Assembly: GCF_009914755.1 (NCBI RefSeq)
Contig: NC_060926.1
Origin: the human T2T-CHM13v2.0 reference genome, Homo sapiens
Length of the DNA stretch: 64,000 bases
Strand: one strand, 5' to 3'
The notes under the pieces: generated by a model
Seen by the model: only the letters and a program-made list of their open reading frames with translations
Told to the model about the DNA's origin: nothing
Databases searched by the model: none
Position numbers and translations under genes: made by a program
Part shown: piece after piece, positions 59,533 through 64,000 of the stretch
Layout of the letters: every line of letters begins with the position of its first letter
Numbering within the stretch: the first letter of the stretch is position 1

Positions 59533-60120
59533 AAACATATCTTCAGTTGTTTTGTTACATAGTGTGCAACAAATTACAATATTCTGCAGCCACAAATTAT
59601 ATGCAGAGTATGAAGAAACTATTAATCAGATAGTGTAATCTTTCCATTTATAACTCTACAAGGAAGAACTAGCAAATCAGATCTTACATATAACATCTCA
59701 CTAAACTTTATGCATGGAAAGTGACAGACACTGCTTGTGCTGTTTGATACAAAATGGCTGAACTTCATCTTCAGAAGACTAAACCTGACATCTAAACATG
59801 CCAATATAAACATCAAAACAAAATATATTCTAACCAACCACGGGAAACAGTCTGGTATCAGGAAAGCAACAAGGATTACACACATTATTTTATAAACCAG
59901 CACACAAAGGTTTAAAACAGTTCTGAAAATGAAGTTAGCTGTCTTGAGTCAAGGGAATAAAAAAAAAGTCAGTATTGACCATTTACAATCTCTGACCTTT
60001 GTGGAGACGGTAAGAATCTGTTGTAGTGCAGCTACATACAGTACAATTCAGGCAATTTTGTTTTTTCACTTGGGTTCAGATTGCAAATTCATTGCTGTGA
60101 GAAAAGGATGGAGGCAAATT

Positions 60121-60318
60121 TTAGCAGCAACCTCCACCTGACTGCTTGACTGGAGTGCTCTGAATTTTAACATTGGACTTCTCAGCACCACCAGCTGTTG
60201 CTCCGGGACCCATTCGCTTTTTAATCTCAGCTGCCATCGTCATGAAAGACTGTTCTACATTCGTTGCATTCTTAGCACTGGTTTCCAAAAACGGAATTCC
60301 AAGGGAATCAGCAAATTC
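60121..60318 (-). CDS. RAB1A: RAB1A last coding exon (aa 141-205)
   Basis: Acceptor ttctcttag|GAA. Peptide [65 protein letters not shown], with the G5 motif ETSAK and the C-terminal CC prenylation motif. Confidence 0.97.
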
Positions 60319-60566
60319 CTAAGAGAATAATGAGGCACAATTAACACTGAAAAATCTTTTTCACTAATTCTTAGTGCATTTCTACCATCCATAATGGAGC
60401 GTGAGGAACTAAGTTCATTGGATCCAAACAGATGCTACACAAATTGTCACTGTCACAGTATTCTAGTGCACATATTTTTAAAAGGCTGTGGCCTTACTGT
60501 TACTGCAGAACCCATACATAATTCAACACCTTCAAATTCAGTATGAAAATTAAACTTTAAACATAC

Positions 60567-60698
60567 CTTCGCTGTTGTGTAGTCTACTACTTTCTTTGTG
60601 GTCAGATCACATTTGTTCCCTACCAACAATTTGTTGACATTTTCACTGGCATAACGATCTATTTCCTGCAGCCACTGTTTAACATTATTGAAGGACTC
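60567..60698 (-). CDS. RAB1A: RAB1A penultimate exon (aa 97-140)
   Basis: Acceptor tttttag|GAG, peptide [44 protein letters not shown] (G4 motif NKCD), donor AAG|GTATGT. Confidence 0.97.
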
Positions 60699-60835
60699 CT
60701 AAAAAGACATTTGAAAGACTGATAATATAGTTCGATAATATAGTTCTGGAATAAACAGAAACATCGTTCCTGACCTAACAGACAAATAACAAAGAGCTAG
60801 TGAGACAACTCTAGCTACAAAATAACCACTGCTAA

Positions 60836-63927
<3,092 letters not shown>

Positions 63928-64000
63928 TCAGTGTATCCTTGGAGGAAGCATGAACTCGAGGATCAAGCTACCCTGACTTCAAAACATCAAATCCAGGTTC

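Larger units (their letters stand above)
58485..60120 (-). other. RAB1A: RAB1A 3'UTR (distal end approximate)
   Basis: Repeat-free AU-rich sequence between the RAB1A stop and the distal AATAAA. Confidence 0.75.

Overview
Human (or very close great-ape) genomic DNA, recognisable as the 2p14 CEP68-RAB1A locus. The window holds the complete CEP68 gene on the + strand: CpG-island promoter and non-coding exon 1 near 28.1 kb, five coding exons at 41073-54333 that splice to exactly 757 aa, and a 3'UTR-only last exon ending near 58.64 kb. It also holds the last three coding exons (aa 65-205) and the 3'UTR of RAB1A on the - strand. The two genes converge and their poly(A) signals cross, giving about 150 nt of tail-to-tail overlap. 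The first 27 kb are repeat-rich intergenic DNA (about 20 Alus, L1/L2/MIR, THE1, MLT1 and ERVL remnants) with a truncated HERV-I/HERVIP10-type provirus carrying an LTR10 3' LTR. The most unusual observations are: (1) that provirus ends in a U5 LTR terminus at BOTH ends, in inverted orientation, inside one 4-bp target-site duplication; (2) a near-perfect 41-bp-arm non-repeat hairpin in CEP68 intron 4; (3) several linked RNA-level control features of CEP68 and RAB1A (a uORF changed by tandem donors, a 3'UTR intron that would make exon-5 skipping NMD-sensitive, and an APA-dependent antisense overlap). Splice coordinates were read by hand. Repeat subfamily names come from memory of consensus sequences and repeat boundaries are approximate.
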